Shown here: one piece after another, positions 1 through 9,104 of the stretch
Numbering within the stretch: position 1 is the first letter of the stretch
Layout: the number at the start of each line of letters is the position of its first letter
IMG/VR virus record: IMGVR_UViG_3300010397_000006
Coordinates: 7,471-71,470 of that record
Direction: 5' to 3' (one strand)
Length of the DNA: 64,000 bases
Origin: a virus
Program-made: the position numbers and the translations under genes
The notes under the pieces: model-generated
The model's database searches: none
What the model was told of the DNA's origin: nothing
Seen by the model: the letters and a program-made list of their open reading frames with translations, nothing else

Positions 1-18
1 TGGGAACATGCCGAATTA

Positions 19-324
19 ATGCGCGAATGTGAAACCGGATACCCCGTCACACGCGCGGCAATGGGTGCGCCGATGGGATTGGCTTTACAGGGCAGAAAAT
101 CGCCCATTCTCCCCGATCCCGCCGACGTTGTTTACTCCATGCTCACTGACTCGGAGGTTATTGATTACTCCTCTTTCGAGGATTGGGCGGGCAATTTCGG
201 CTATGACCCAGACTCACGCGCGGGGGAGCGCATTTATAACGATTGTATGAAGATCGCCCTCCAATTTCGTACCATTGGAGAATCGGCTATTGCAGAACTT
301 CGCGAAGTATTCCAGGATTATTAA
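19..324 (+). CDS. hypothetical phage protein (true start may lie upstream of the window)
   Basis: ORF abuts the next gene in a tightly packed + strand run. Confidence 0.55.
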   Translation: MRECETGYPVTRAAMGAPMGLALQGRKSPILPDPADVVYSMLTDSEVIDYSSFEDWAGNFGYDPDSRAGERIYNDCMKIALQFRTIGESAIAELREVFQDY

Positions 325-325
325 C

Positions 326-616
326 ATGATTCAATTAACCCGCCTCCCCGGTTACGATGTCAACGGCAACCCCCGTTATGTGTGCCATTACGTAAACCTC
401 CTCACGGACAAGGAAAACAGATGTTACAGCGCGATGTATGGAACCGCCACAACATCACGAGGTTACGAAATCGCCATCCAACGCGCTCACAAGATCGGCG
501 GGCGCAAGTACCACACGAAAGCATACGGGGGAGGGATTGTGTTCACGGATTACGAGTCAAACATCCGGTACAACATTGAACGGATAGTTAAAGAGGCTGA
601 AAATGATGGAATCTAA
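326..616 (+). CDS. hypothetical phage protein
   Basis: ATG at 326 just after the previous stop; overlaps the next gene. Confidence 0.6.
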   Translation: MIQLTRLPGYDVNGNPRYVCHYVNLLTDKENRCYSAMYGTATTSRGYEIAIQRAHKIGGRKYHTKAYGGGIVFTDYESNIRYNIERIVKEAENDGI

Positions 617-1019
617 ATTCAGAAACGCATTAAAGCAGTACGGAACGTCTGAATTTTCCAGATGGTTACTGCCTGACGGTCAATTCTTGGGAGTCCCCGA
701 CTGGGAAGATCACAGGATTATTGGCGAGTTTTGCCGGGATTCTTGGCTTGAATTCATCGAAGATGGAGCCTGCTCCCTGCATTACGACTCCTCATGCGGT
801 TATTTGTGGATCAGAACCAACGGGTTAACAGGTCAACAATCACAGGCATTTAGGCAGACTATTGAAGACTTCGGGTTAAAAATCCGAGAATTGAAAGTTG
901 ATTTTTACGACGGGCAAGAATTAGAGGAGGTTATCGAAATTAATGATTACATGGCAGTACTGTACTTAACCGATTCAATTGCTTACAACATTGAGAAAAG
1001 CTATCAAGAGGAGCGTTAA
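603..1019 (+). CDS. hypothetical protein
   Basis: 138-aa ORF, AGAGG upstream, operon packing. Confidence 0.6.
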   Translation: MMESKFRNALKQYGTSEFSRWLLPDGQFLGVPDWEDHRIIGEFCRDSWLEFIEDGACSLHYDSSCGYLWIRTNGLTGQQSQAFRQTIEDFGLKIRELKVDFYDGQELEEVIEINDYMAVLYLTDSIAYNIEKSYQEER

Positions 1020-1021
1020 CC

Positions 1022-1318
1022 ATGACAAAAGTTATCTTTAGAGTAGACGAACGCGACCACCAAAAAGAGGTCATTGCCGTATTACCCGACCAGGCGGGCG
1101 ACATGAACCCCGAACGCACTTGCGCCGCCTACATTCACACGGGGCAACATGTAGCCATTAGCGCAGATTACACAGAATGGACGCGACCTGCCACACCTGA
1201 CGAGTACAAAGACATTCTCAGCGAGCTGGTATCCTTTGGTTACGATGACTTGCAGATTTACCAGAAATCCAGCTATGCGGACTTTTTGAGCCGCAAAGAA
1301 CAGACGAGGAGAGGTTAA
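1022..1318 (+). CDS. hypothetical phage protein
   Basis: GAGGAG SD; tight packing. Confidence 0.65.
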   Translation: MTKVIFRVDERDHQKEVIAVLPDQAGDMNPERTCAAYIHTGQHVAISADYTEWTRPATPDEYKDILSELVSFGYDDLQIYQKSSYADFLSRKEQTRRG

Positions 1319-1322
1319 AACC

Positions 1323-1538
1323 ATGAGAAAAGATATTGTATGTCCATTGTGTAATCAGGTGATCGGGAATGATTATGAAAAGAATCACCTTGAAATCAGG
1401 GTAAAGCATATTAAAAGCGTACACCCTGAGACGGCGCAAGAACTCAAGGAGTTATTCACTCAATTGGAAGACGTTAGAGAAAAGGCGCGGCGCGCTTATA
1501 TCAACCTTGACCAGTTGGTTTTTTTCAGGAGAGTTTAA
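1323..1538 (+). CDS. small Zn-finger-like protein (CxxC...HxxxxH)
   Basis: CPLC and HIKSVH; resembles ORF 2964-3212. Confidence 0.55.
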   Translation: MRKDIVCPLCNQVIGNDYEKNHLEIRVKHIKSVHPETAQELKELFTQLEDVREKARRAYINLDQLVFFRRV

Positions 1539-1540
1539 CC

Positions 1541-1813
1541 ATGAAACTATACCACCACCAAACCGACGGGGGAGCGGAGTACCTTTGTACTCAAGCTATC
1601 GAAGGCACAGACGAGGGTGACATACGGACGGCTATCGTCAGGCTGGACGGGGAGCCGGAACTAACTAAACCTGTATACTCCGCCGCTCCTGAATTGGCGG
1701 ACATGCTAGAGGAAATCTGTGACGCTATCTCTTTTTCTCCCGTCCTGTATAACCTGATTGGGCATGAGAGATACCACCGAGCGCGCGCTATCCTCAAGAA
1801 GGCAAGCAGTTAA
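1541..1813 (+). CDS. hypothetical protein
   Basis: AGGAG SD; tight packing. Confidence 0.6.
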   Translation: MKLYHHQTDGGAEYLCTQAIEGTDEGDIRTAIVRLDGEPELTKPVYSAAPELADMLEEICDAISFSPVLYNLIGHERYHRARAILKKASS

Positions 1814-1825
1814 AGCCTAGTAAAC

Positions 1826-1840
1826 AAACCACCGTGTTTT
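1826..1840. promoter_or_regulatory. dispersed 15-bp palindrome, copy 1 (AAACCACCGTGTTTT), intergenic
   Basis: matches consensus AAAACAC-N-GTGTTTT found 15 times in the window. Confidence 0.7.
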
Positions 1841-1862
1841 CTAATTATCAAGTGGAGCCAAA

Positions 1863-2357
1863 ATGACAGAACCCAATTGCAGAGTCCTTGCTGAGAACCT
1901 TTACAAGGCTGTTAAAGCCGTCAAGCGCACCAAAATAAGCACGTTACCAGTCCTGAACTACGCGTGGCTGAGGACAGAGGAGGGGAGGCTTGTAGTCTCT
2001 ACTGTTGATTTTATAACTTCCCCCCTCACCGAGACCTGCGCCGCGCGCGTCAACGTGGACTTTTCTACGTGCGTGCCGATGGTGCTGGAAACCAAAGTAA
2101 ACCACAACAAGGACGGGTATTTTACAAGCGTGGAGCATAAAGCCAAGTTTTACCCCTTCCTCGACTGGCTGAAAGTCATGCAGGAGTGCGAGGACGTGCT
2201 TGACCTGTACTTCGATCCCTCCACCCAGATTCTCACAGTTAAAGCCGATAAGTCTACCACCGAGTTCAAATGCCTGGACGCGCGCGAGTTCCCGCCCGTA
2301 GACATTGAGGAGGAAGGCGACGACTACGATTATTCTACTCAAAAGAATTTCGATTAG
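1863..2357 (+). CDS. DNA polymerase III beta-clamp N-terminal-domain-like protein
   Basis: TLPVLNYAWL...RLVVSTVD and LTVKADKSTTEFKCLDAREFP resemble DnaN domain I; only 164 aa. Confidence 0.6.
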   Translation: MTEPNCRVLAENLYKAVKAVKRTKISTLPVLNYAWLRTEEGRLVVSTVDFITSPLTETCAARVNVDFSTCVPMVLETKVNHNKDGYFTSVEHKAKFYPFLDWLKVMQECEDVLDLYFDPSTQILTVKADKSTTEFKCLDAREFPPVDIEEEGDDYDYSTQKNFD

Positions 2358-2369
2358 GAGATTAAAGCC

Positions 2370-2585
2370 ATGAAACGACCTGAACCAAAATTCAAGCGCG
2401 GTCAGAAGGTAAGTATTAGCAATGTGGAAGTTGATAATCCGAAGTATCACGCCCGCATCGCCAATACCCGCTGGGATAAAGAGTATAAGAATTGGGAATA
2501 CACAACCCCTCCGTTTGCTGGCTGGCAACTTGAGTTTTCCTTGCGATCTGTAGGAGAGTTAAGTCCGATAACAGATAGAAAGTAG
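2370..2585 (+). CDS. hypothetical protein (small beta-barrel-like, PKFKRGQKV)
   Basis: AGGAG SD; ORF. Confidence 0.55.
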   Translation: MKRPEPKFKRGQKVSISNVEVDNPKYHARIANTRWDKEYKNWEYTTPPFAGWQLEFSLRSVGELSPITDRK

Positions 2586-2670
2586 GATTAAGTTTCTCTA
2601 ATTTGTCTATCAGGAAAAAGTTAAACTAAAGTAGTAGACTATATATAACCGAATAAAGAAAGGAGTCCAA

Positions 2671-2967
2671 ATGGACACTCAGTTGCGAAGCCAAACGAAA
2701 ACTGAAACCGAGACTCCCGCCCGACCGTTCGCCATGCTGTACTGTATCAAGTGCGGCAGGATGGAAAAGGTTGAGTACGGGACAGATTGCAGGATGGGTC
2801 ACACCATTACCGCCAGCGGGGAGATTGACTACTGTTGCTTTGAGGACGGGTACGCATTAATGCCCCCTCCTGAGGTGTCTTGGCTCCCCGAAGAACCCGG
2901 CGACCTTGCCGAACAGATCGTTCAGGAGACAGAGGAAGTCGAGATGTGGTTGGGAGGTGGGGAATGA
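2671..2967 (+). CDS. hypothetical Cys-rich acidic protein
   Basis: AAGGAG SD after an AT-rich intergenic region. Confidence 0.6.
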   Translation: MDTQLRSQTKTETETPARPFAMLYCIKCGRMEKVEYGTDCRMGHTITASGEIDYCCFEDGYALMPPPEVSWLPEEPGDLAEQIVQETEEVEMWLGGGE

Positions 2968-3212
2968 AATCAGAAGTTGTTTGTCCAGTTTGCAGACAAA
3001 TAATCGGCAAGTATCATGGAAGCGAAGAACCTTCTAAACTCCATGACCACATGCTTGAAAACCACCCCGTCGAGTACGATGAGATTGCAACGGTGGCTAG
3101 GGCGATTGAAGACATCGAGCGCAGATACCACATTTACGCGCGGGACTTTTTCTATTACAGTTCCAATAATTTGTGGAATTTCTACGCCCGAAACTTCAAG
3201 GGGAAATCATGA
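2964..3212 (+). CDS. small Zn-finger-like protein
   Basis: ATGA overlap; CPVC...HMLENH; paralogous pattern to 1323-1538. Confidence 0.55.
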   Translation: MKSEVVCPVCRQIIGKYHGSEEPSKLHDHMLENHPVEYDEIATVARAIEDIERRYHIYARDFFYYSSNNLWNFYARNFKGKS

Positions 3213-3478
3213 GCGCCGACACCCAACAAAACACCGTGTTTCCTCTTACCGTCGCCCCCGAAGTTTCCGAGCCTCCCAAGCGTTGCGAGGAAGGTGCGCG
3301 AATCATCCGTGACTGGGCAAAGGCAGTCAACGACGCGCCGATGGGGGAGTGGGAAGCCGTGATGGGTGGGGGTTACGTTGTTTACATCCGCCACTGGATG
3401 CAGTGTACTGAGTGCGGGCTGTATGAGTTGAACAGACACGCGGTTAAAGCCGAAGGAGAACAGAATGAATCAGTATAA
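3209..3478 (+). CDS. hypothetical protein
   Basis: ATGA overlap with the previous gene. Confidence 0.55.
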   Translation: MSADTQQNTVFPLTVAPEVSEPPKRCEEGARIIRDWAKAVNDAPMGEWEAVMGGGYVVYIRHWMQCTECGLYELNRHAVKAEGEQNESV

Positions 3479-3815
3479 ACTAACTCTCCTGAAATCCATC
3501 CTAGAAAAACCCAAGTTTCTTGACATGGGAAAATCCCCGGTCTCTGCCATTCAAGCCGCCTTCCAGATGCTAGACGAAGGCTTGATTACACAGGACACAG
3601 ATGGTTATCTTCACATCACCCAGAAGGGCAGATGTGAGGTAGTGAACAATATGTGTCCCCACCTCAACGTCACGGTTTACTGGCGACTGTATGCCAGAGA
3701 GACGCGCTATGAACCCGCCGAGTACATTGGCAAGGCGCAGTGTGAAGATTGCGGCGAATGGATGGAGCCGGAAGATGTGCCAGATGAAGCTGAGAAGAAA
3801 GAAGTGAACGAATGA
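3465..3815 (+). CDS. hypothetical protein (winged-helix-like N-terminus plus Zn ribbon)
   Basis: EGLI...LHITQKG wing motif; CPH...CEDCG. Confidence 0.5.
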   Translation: MNQYKLTLLKSILEKPKFLDMGKSPVSAIQAAFQMLDEGLITQDTDGYLHITQKGRCEVVNNMCPHLNVTVYWRLYARETRYEPAEYIGKAQCEDCGEWMEPEDVPDEAEKKEVNE

Positions 3816-4105
3816 CAGACTCCTTCTTCTGGCAGAATTTTCAGCAACACCCTCCTGCCGTCCAAGAAAACCTGCTTGCTGAGGTTAAAGCCCTGATTCC
3901 CACGCTTACAGTGGACGAGCAGGCGGACACGTTCCGGGGCGCGCCGACTGAAATCATCTTGCAGTTCTTGAAGTCTTTGGAGTACGAGGCACAAATCAAG
4001 ATTTGGAAGAAATACCTGCCCGCCGGAGCGCGCGACAAGGCGTGGAAACTGATGTCTTGGGAAGCCAAAAGCAGACTTAAGAAACGAAACCACTGCCTTG
4101 CATAA
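3812..4105 (+). CDS. hypothetical protein
   Basis: ATGA overlap. Confidence 0.55.
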   Translation: MTDSFFWQNFQQHPPAVQENLLAEVKALIPTLTVDEQADTFRGAPTEIILQFLKSLEYEAQIKIWKKYLPAGARDKAWKLMSWEAKSRLKKRNHCLA

Positions 4106-4198
4106 ACACCGAGTTTTCTAATGAAGATTTAATGCCAAAGTTAAATAAACGTCATATAATAGTTATGTATTCAATACAAATCTAAACAAGGAGTAAGA

Positions 4199-4894
4199 AT
4201 GTCAGCACTACCTAACGAAGCCAAACAAGAAACACCCATCAGCAAGCAACAAATCCAGAACCAGACCGACCTCGCCAGTTTCAATTCATTCGGGGTTGCT
4301 ACCCTGAGTAACGGCGATGAAGTCAACATCCAGATCACGACCCGTCACGGTATCCCTTTCGACCGGGCATACGAAGACCTAAAAAACCACATCTCCCTCT
4401 TAGACCTCGCCGCGCGGGATATGGGTATCAAGTTCTGGAACGGAAGCAAGAATAACGGCGAGAGTAAGACTCCTCCCCAAAGCACACCAACCACAGACAA
4501 GGGCGGCAGCGGAACGAAGCACAACTCCAAAGACCCTCTCCCCGCGTCCCAAGTCCCCAGTGAACTTGCAGACCTGAACGTGGACGTGTTCGCCGCAGAC
4601 TTCGATGAGTTCGTGGTCGAGCCGAAACCGGACGGAAAATCCGTCGTCAAGTTCTTCAAGGACGGGCTGGAATTCCCTGTCGGCGCAACGATGAACCAGT
4701 GGAAACACGACACCATCAAGGAAGCACTCGCTCAGTTGACGGACAAGGAAATCAACCCGAAAGAGGCTGAGAAGTACCGCATCGGCGGGACACAATACTT
4801 TGTCCTCGGTAATGAGTACGTGATTCAGCAGGGTCAGCACAAGGGCGAGAAGTCGCGCTACAAGAACCTGAAACTTCTCAAGCCCATTTTCTAA
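4199..4894 (+). CDS. hypothetical protein (possibly ssDNA-binding/recombination by position)
   Basis: 231 aa, AAGGAG SD, TATAAT at 4155-4160. Confidence 0.6.
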   Translation: MSALPNEAKQETPISKQQIQNQTDLASFNSFGVATLSNGDEVNIQITTRHGIPFDRAYEDLKNHISLLDLAARDMGIKFWNGSKNNGESKTPPQSTPTTDKGGSGTKHNSKDPLPASQVPSELADLNVDVFAADFDEFVVEPKPDGKSVVKFFKDGLEFPVGATMNQWKHDTIKEALAQLTDKEINPKEAEKYRIGGTQYFVLGNEYVIQQGQHKGEKSRYKNLKLLKPIF

Positions 4895-4997
4895 CGAATG
4901 TCACGGGTTTTGGCTAGGCGGCTTTGACCCGTTTCAGATACCAGACCCCGCCGCGAGCGGACTTAGGCATAGGAACCGTAAAGGCGGCGGGGTCTCC

Positions 4998-5615
4998 ATG
5001 AAAAGAGAACAGATGTATCGTTTATTCTTTGATTGCGAAACTAACGGTCTCCCGCGCGACTACAACGCCCCGCCATCCAACACCGATAACTGGTGTAGAA
5101 TGGTGCAACTTGGTTGGCTTGTCTACCGGGATACTGAACTGGTAGCCAGCCGCGAGTTCATCATTCGCCCCGAAGGTTTCGAGATTCCCCTGTCTGTCTC
5201 CGCCCTGCATGGCATCACAACCGAGCGCGCACTTAACGAAGGAATGATTCTTGCGTTGGTCATGAGAGCGTTTAAAGTTTGGATAGACTCCTGCGATGAA
5301 ATCATCTGCCACAACGCCAACTTCGACTTGGGCGTGGCGGGGGCGGAGTTCTACCGTGTGTTTGGAGAGAACCCGCTGGAAAGCAAGCCCTCAATCTGCA
5401 CGATGCGGTCTACAATGGAGTTCGTGGGGATTCCTGGCAACCCCAAGTACGGAGGCTATAAGTTCCCCAAGTTACGGGAGTTGTGGGCGAAACTATTTCC
5501 AGACACGCCCTATCCCCAGACCCACACCGCGCTAGATGACATTACGCATACTGCCACATGTTTCTTCGAGTTGGAGAGACTGGGCGTAATCAAAACCATA
5601 GGAGAAAAATCATGA
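4998..5615 (+). CDS. DEDDh 3'-5' exonuclease (DnaQ-like)
   Basis: FFDCETNG, HGIT, CHNANFD, HTALDD motifs. Confidence 0.9.
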   Translation: MKREQMYRLFFDCETNGLPRDYNAPPSNTDNWCRMVQLGWLVYRDTELVASREFIIRPEGFEIPLSVSALHGITTERALNEGMILALVMRAFKVWIDSCDEIICHNANFDLGVAGAEFYRVFGENPLESKPSICTMRSTMEFVGIPGNPKYGGYKFPKLRELWAKLFPDTPYPQTHTALDDITHTATCFFELERLGVIKTIGEKS

Positions 5616-5944
5616 GAAAAATAAAGAAGTTTAGTTCCGACCAGATTAAAGGTTTCCTGCAAGAGCAGAAGGAGTCCGGGCTTACGGGGCAACAGATGGC
5701 GGACAAGTACGGTTTCGGTCTGTCCACCTTCGTAAACTGGAAGTCCAAGTTCAACGGCAAGGCGAAGCGCAAGGTTAAAGCCACCCGTCCGAGAGTAAGC
5801 GTCGAAACGAACGCCAAAGAGGAACAGGCATGGGAGAAGTTGTTCAACAAGTTCATCTTCCACCGCGACGAAGCACAAAAACACAGCGACGAGGCAGAGA
5901 AGGCAAAGAAGGAACTGCAAGACTACGTGGAGCGGTTGCGATGA
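5612..5944 (+). CDS. helix-turn-helix DNA-binding protein with C-terminal coiled coil
   Basis: SGLTGQQMADKYGFGLSTFVNWKSK HTH. Confidence 0.7.
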   Translation: MRKIKKFSSDQIKGFLQEQKESGLTGQQMADKYGFGLSTFVNWKSKFNGKAKRKVKATRPRVSVETNAKEEQAWEKLFNKFIFHRDEAQKHSDEAEKAKKELQDYVERLR

Positions 5945-6441
5945 ATAGACCGGATAGTAAGATAATCCAAGAATGGCACGTTTCAATCAACCAGTTTCAC
6001 TACGGCGAAAACTTCAAGAAAATCAACGAACACCAAAATTGGATGTACGATGCCAAGAATATAGCCGATGAAGTCCCACGCCTAACCATGCTTTTTAAAG
6101 CGGAACGATTGAGAGAATTACCAAAAATCCATCAGCAATGCTCCCATTCTGAACCTAAGCCAGTGATAGACAATCACCTATCCTGTTGCTTGGGTGTGAA
6201 ATGCAAAGAATGTCCCTTCCTTCTTGCTCTCGAAGGTACAAATGTGTCTCGCGAACAAGTGGATGAAATCAAGGCGTGGACATGCGTGTCTCATATCTTG
6301 AACGAAAAAAGCAAGAGGATGATAGACGACACTGAGGGGTACGTCGTGACGGAGGACGATAAGATGTACTGGCAAAATGTTTACGAGTCTCTTTCTCAGA
6401 CAGGAGACTACGTGGACGATGACGACGAGGAGTATCTGTAA
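5941..6441 (+). CDS. hypothetical Cys-containing protein
   Basis: ATGA overlap; 166 aa. Confidence 0.6.
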   Translation: MNRPDSKIIQEWHVSINQFHYGENFKKINEHQNWMYDAKNIADEVPRLTMLFKAERLRELPKIHQQCSHSEPKPVIDNHLSCCLGVKCKECPFLLALEGTNVSREQVDEIKAWTCVSHILNEKSKRMIDDTEGYVVTEDDKMYWQNVYESLSQTGDYVDDDDEEYL

Positions 6442-6445
6442 CCTC

Positions 6446-6473
6446 TTGACGAAATCAACGTCTTGAGTATAAT
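6446..6473 (+). promoter_or_regulatory. sigma70-type promoter for the replication region
   Basis: TTGACG-16 bp-TATAAT. Confidence 0.7.
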
Positions 6474-6546
6474 GAACACATCTAAGGCGCGTGGAGTGAC
6501 GACCACATAAGCGCAAGAAAGAAATAGTAAGTGGCACAGAGGCACT

Positions 6547-6645
6547 AAATCCCTTTTGGATTTTAGTATGTGGCTGACACATCTGTACGTCGCAGGTGAA
6601 AAGACCTCTCAGCCTCAGCCACATACTAAAGTTTGCAAGGGATTT
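6547..6645 (+). other. long RNA hairpin in the leader of the replication region
   Basis: perfect 16-bp inverted repeat 6562-6577/6615-6630 plus 9-bp outer stem 6547-6555/6637-6645, followed by a T-run. Confidence 0.75.
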
Positions 6646-6835
6646 TTCTTTCCCTAATCGTATCCACCGGGAAACCGGATTTATAGCGAAGCCAAAAACA
6701 AAATGAATAGAACGATGTTAGAAAACACGGTGGTTTGTGCCGTGTTCTTAACCTACCCTATACGCGCATCTCTACCCGGAAGTTTCGGAGATAGAGAAGC
6801 GTGTTTTTGTTTTAAGGCTTCGGGGAAATAAAAGA

Positions 6836-7117
6836 ATGAAAGAAGCAAAAAGATTCGTAACCTTTGAAGAACTTTCCAAACTAAAACCGGAACTTATTCA
6901 AATCAAGAGTGACGCGCAAGACTGGTTCCAACATCCTGATCGGTGGCATCACTACGAAGTCCTGAAACGAAGGGTGAAGATGTGCTTGGCAGACCCCGAA
7001 GTTTCGAGATACGCAGACCCAATGCAAGATTGGGAAGTCTACGACGTTGCCTATCAAGCAATCTTCAAGGAAGGACAAGACCTGACTGACTACGACGAAG
7101 AAAACGACGAGGAATAG
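6836..7117 (+). CDS. hypothetical protein
   Basis: 93-aa ORF. Confidence 0.55.
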   Translation: MKEAKRFVTFEELSKLKPELIQIKSDAQDWFQHPDRWHHYEVLKRRVKMCLADPEVSRYADPMQDWEVYDVAYQAIFKEGQDLTDYDEENDEE

Positions 7118-7470
7118 GGGAGAGTTTGACAATGGAAGTAGTCCCAGGGAGCCGAGGGACAAAACCTACATAGCACTAAGGATGAAATTAAGGCGAAAGA
7201 GGCTCAATCTGTCTACTGAGATAACGACTGGCAGACTCCCAACAGGCGAAAGCCTCCCCGCGTCAAAGCAGAGAGACAGGCGGGGCTGATGGCTCTAACA
7301 GAGCAAGGAAAGGTGAGTGGTTAGCAACCTGCAAACTGCCGACACCCACCCCGAAAGGGGTTGGCTTGACCCTAACCGGGTAGATTCTTCACTGAAAGGC
7401 TTTTTCCTTTCAAGAGAATGTGTCGCTACGGCGCGCCGTAGGATAACTTTATTAAAAAATAAGTTAACTA
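7118..7470 (+). ncRNA. putative structured non-coding RNA upstream of replication genes
   Basis: about 10 stem-loops including AGGC-GAAA-GCCT, CCCC-GAAA-GGGG and a multibranch closed by CGACAC/GTGTCG; no ORF in the track. Confidence 0.55.
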
Positions 7471-7499
7471 GCCTCTAACGCAGGAAACAGGAAAACAAA

Positions 7500-8018
7500 A
7501 TGACTCAAACTTTACGTAGAGAAATTATCCAGATTATCAGGAACGACCTGAACGAATACATCGCGACAGGCGTGAATTACCTCGGAGAAACTGTCCCCGA
7601 TGTGGTTGTCGAGAAACTTGCCGACGACGTTTTGAAGGTCTCCGGTGTTGCCAATTCGCCTGTTGCCAGGAAATACAGCGACCCCAACTGGGACTTGCTT
7701 CATGGGAAGAAACCATCGGAAGATGCTGTGGATTGGGCTAAGGTCTATACGTCCATCGCGGTACGGCTAGAGACAGGACTCCTAAGAAACGAGTTTCCTC
7801 AATCGGCGGAAGCGCAAAAGGTTTACCGATGGATTGCGGAGCAGGAGGAAAAAGGTCAAAGCCTGAACACATGGATCAAGTGGGCTATGGATGGCAAACG
7901 GGCGGAGTTTTCCTTTATCTACCACAAAGACCCGAACCTCATTAAGCGCGACTGGGTACAAGCCTTCGCGAGGACTTCTGTGGCGGGACAGAGAAAATTT
8001 GAGACATTAGATGACTAA
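7500..8018 (+). CDS. putative replication initiator/helicase loader
   Basis: position directly upstream of and overlapping the helicase; no diagnostic motif. Confidence 0.45.
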   Translation: MTQTLRREIIQIIRNDLNEYIATGVNYLGETVPDVVVEKLADDVLKVSGVANSPVARKYSDPNWDLLHGKKPSEDAVDWAKVYTSIAVRLETGLLRNEFPQSAEAQKVYRWIAEQEEKGQSLNTWIKWAMDGKRAEFSFIYHKDPNLIKRDWVQAFARTSVAGQRKFETLDD

Positions 8019-9048
8019 GCCCGAAGAAGTAACCCCCGATTACTCCCGCCTCGTCTTCACGCCCCTTGAAGCCTCCAATGCTACCGAGAAGTACGTCAGG
8101 CAGATACAGGAAGGCGACGAGGAAGGGATGCCTCTCTACGTCCCCAAGATGGAATACAACCCTGAGAAGAAAAGGGGTTTCCTGCCCGTCAAGCGCGGGG
8201 AACTGATTACCATCCTCGGCAGACCTGGGAACGGGAAGACAGGCTTCATGTTCCGGTGGGCGCGAATGAGAGCCAATGACCTGCAAAGACAGGCGAAGGA
8301 AGGCAATAAGGTTGCCGCCAATTCTGTCGTGTTGTACTTCACTCTTGAGCAGATGGTCGAGGAATTGAGACTGTTCCATGTCGCGGCAGAGGAGGGGATT
8401 AGTTCCACAGACATCGCCAACGGGAAACTTCCTGATGAGACATGGAAGCAGGTTACGAACTCACTGCGAGGGATGCACACGACCCCTCTGTGGCTGGCTG
8501 GCAAGTCGATGGAAAGGCGCAAGGACAAAGTAAAACTCACAGAGGAAGCCCTGCGCGGAACTCTGGCAAGCATCGAGAAATGGCGCGGCGATGAACTTGA
8601 GACCCAGATTGACTCTGTGTTTGTGGACTATCTCCAACGGTTCCGGTCAGATGGTCGCGACTGGACGCAGTTCTACGGGGATACAGTCAATGGTCTCAAG
8701 GAAATGGCAGGAGATTACGCCACGCGCATGATAGTTGGTGTCCAAGCCAAGCGCGAGGTGGATAAGTACGAAGTCCCTATCCCGCAGATGGATGACGGTC
8801 AGTGGACTTCTGGCATCGAACAACAGTCTGATGGGATGATGAGCGTTGTTCGCCCCAGTCATTACAAAGCGGACGCGGAAGATTTCGATGGAGTAGTGGT
8901 CAAGGGTCATGAGCAGATGGTTATCACAGTCTTGAAACGAAAATTAGGTCAGGCGAATTTCAACGCGTGGGTCAAGTTCGCCCCGGAATATAACCGTCTC
9001 GATGAACAAGAATTGAAGCACTATAAGTTCAACGGAGATGATGTTTGA
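8011..9048 (+). CDS. DnaB-like replicative helicase (C-terminal ATPase domain)
   Basis: Walker A GRPGNGKT, FTLEQ, VDYLQ, Q-x-x-R, IEQQSD, LKRK. Confidence 0.9.
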   Translation: MTKPEEVTPDYSRLVFTPLEASNATEKYVRQIQEGDEEGMPLYVPKMEYNPEKKRGFLPVKRGELITILGRPGNGKTGFMFRWARMRANDLQRQAKEGNKVAANSVVLYFTLEQMVEELRLFHVAAEEGISSTDIANGKLPDETWKQVTNSLRGMHTTPLWLAGKSMERRKDKVKLTEEALRGTLASIEKWRGDELETQIDSVFVDYLQRFRSDGRDWTQFYGDTVNGLKEMAGDYATRMIVGVQAKREVDKYEVPIPQMDDGQWTSGIEQQSDGMMSVVRPSHYKADAEDFDGVVVKGHEQMVITVLKRKLGQANFNAWVKFAPEYNRLDEQELKHYKFNGDDV

Positions 9049-9104
9049 CGATGACTACTCCGCATACTAACATAAGGTTATCCCAACAATTGAAAGGCGA
9101 AGCC

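Noticed and set aside
5612-5944. IS transposase (TnpA-like HTH)
   Set aside because: No catalytic transposase gene or terminal inverted repeats; treated as a phage HTH protein.
7118-7470. Group I or II intron
   Set aside because: No recognisable P7/J8-7 or domain V signature, and the flanking ORFs look complete.
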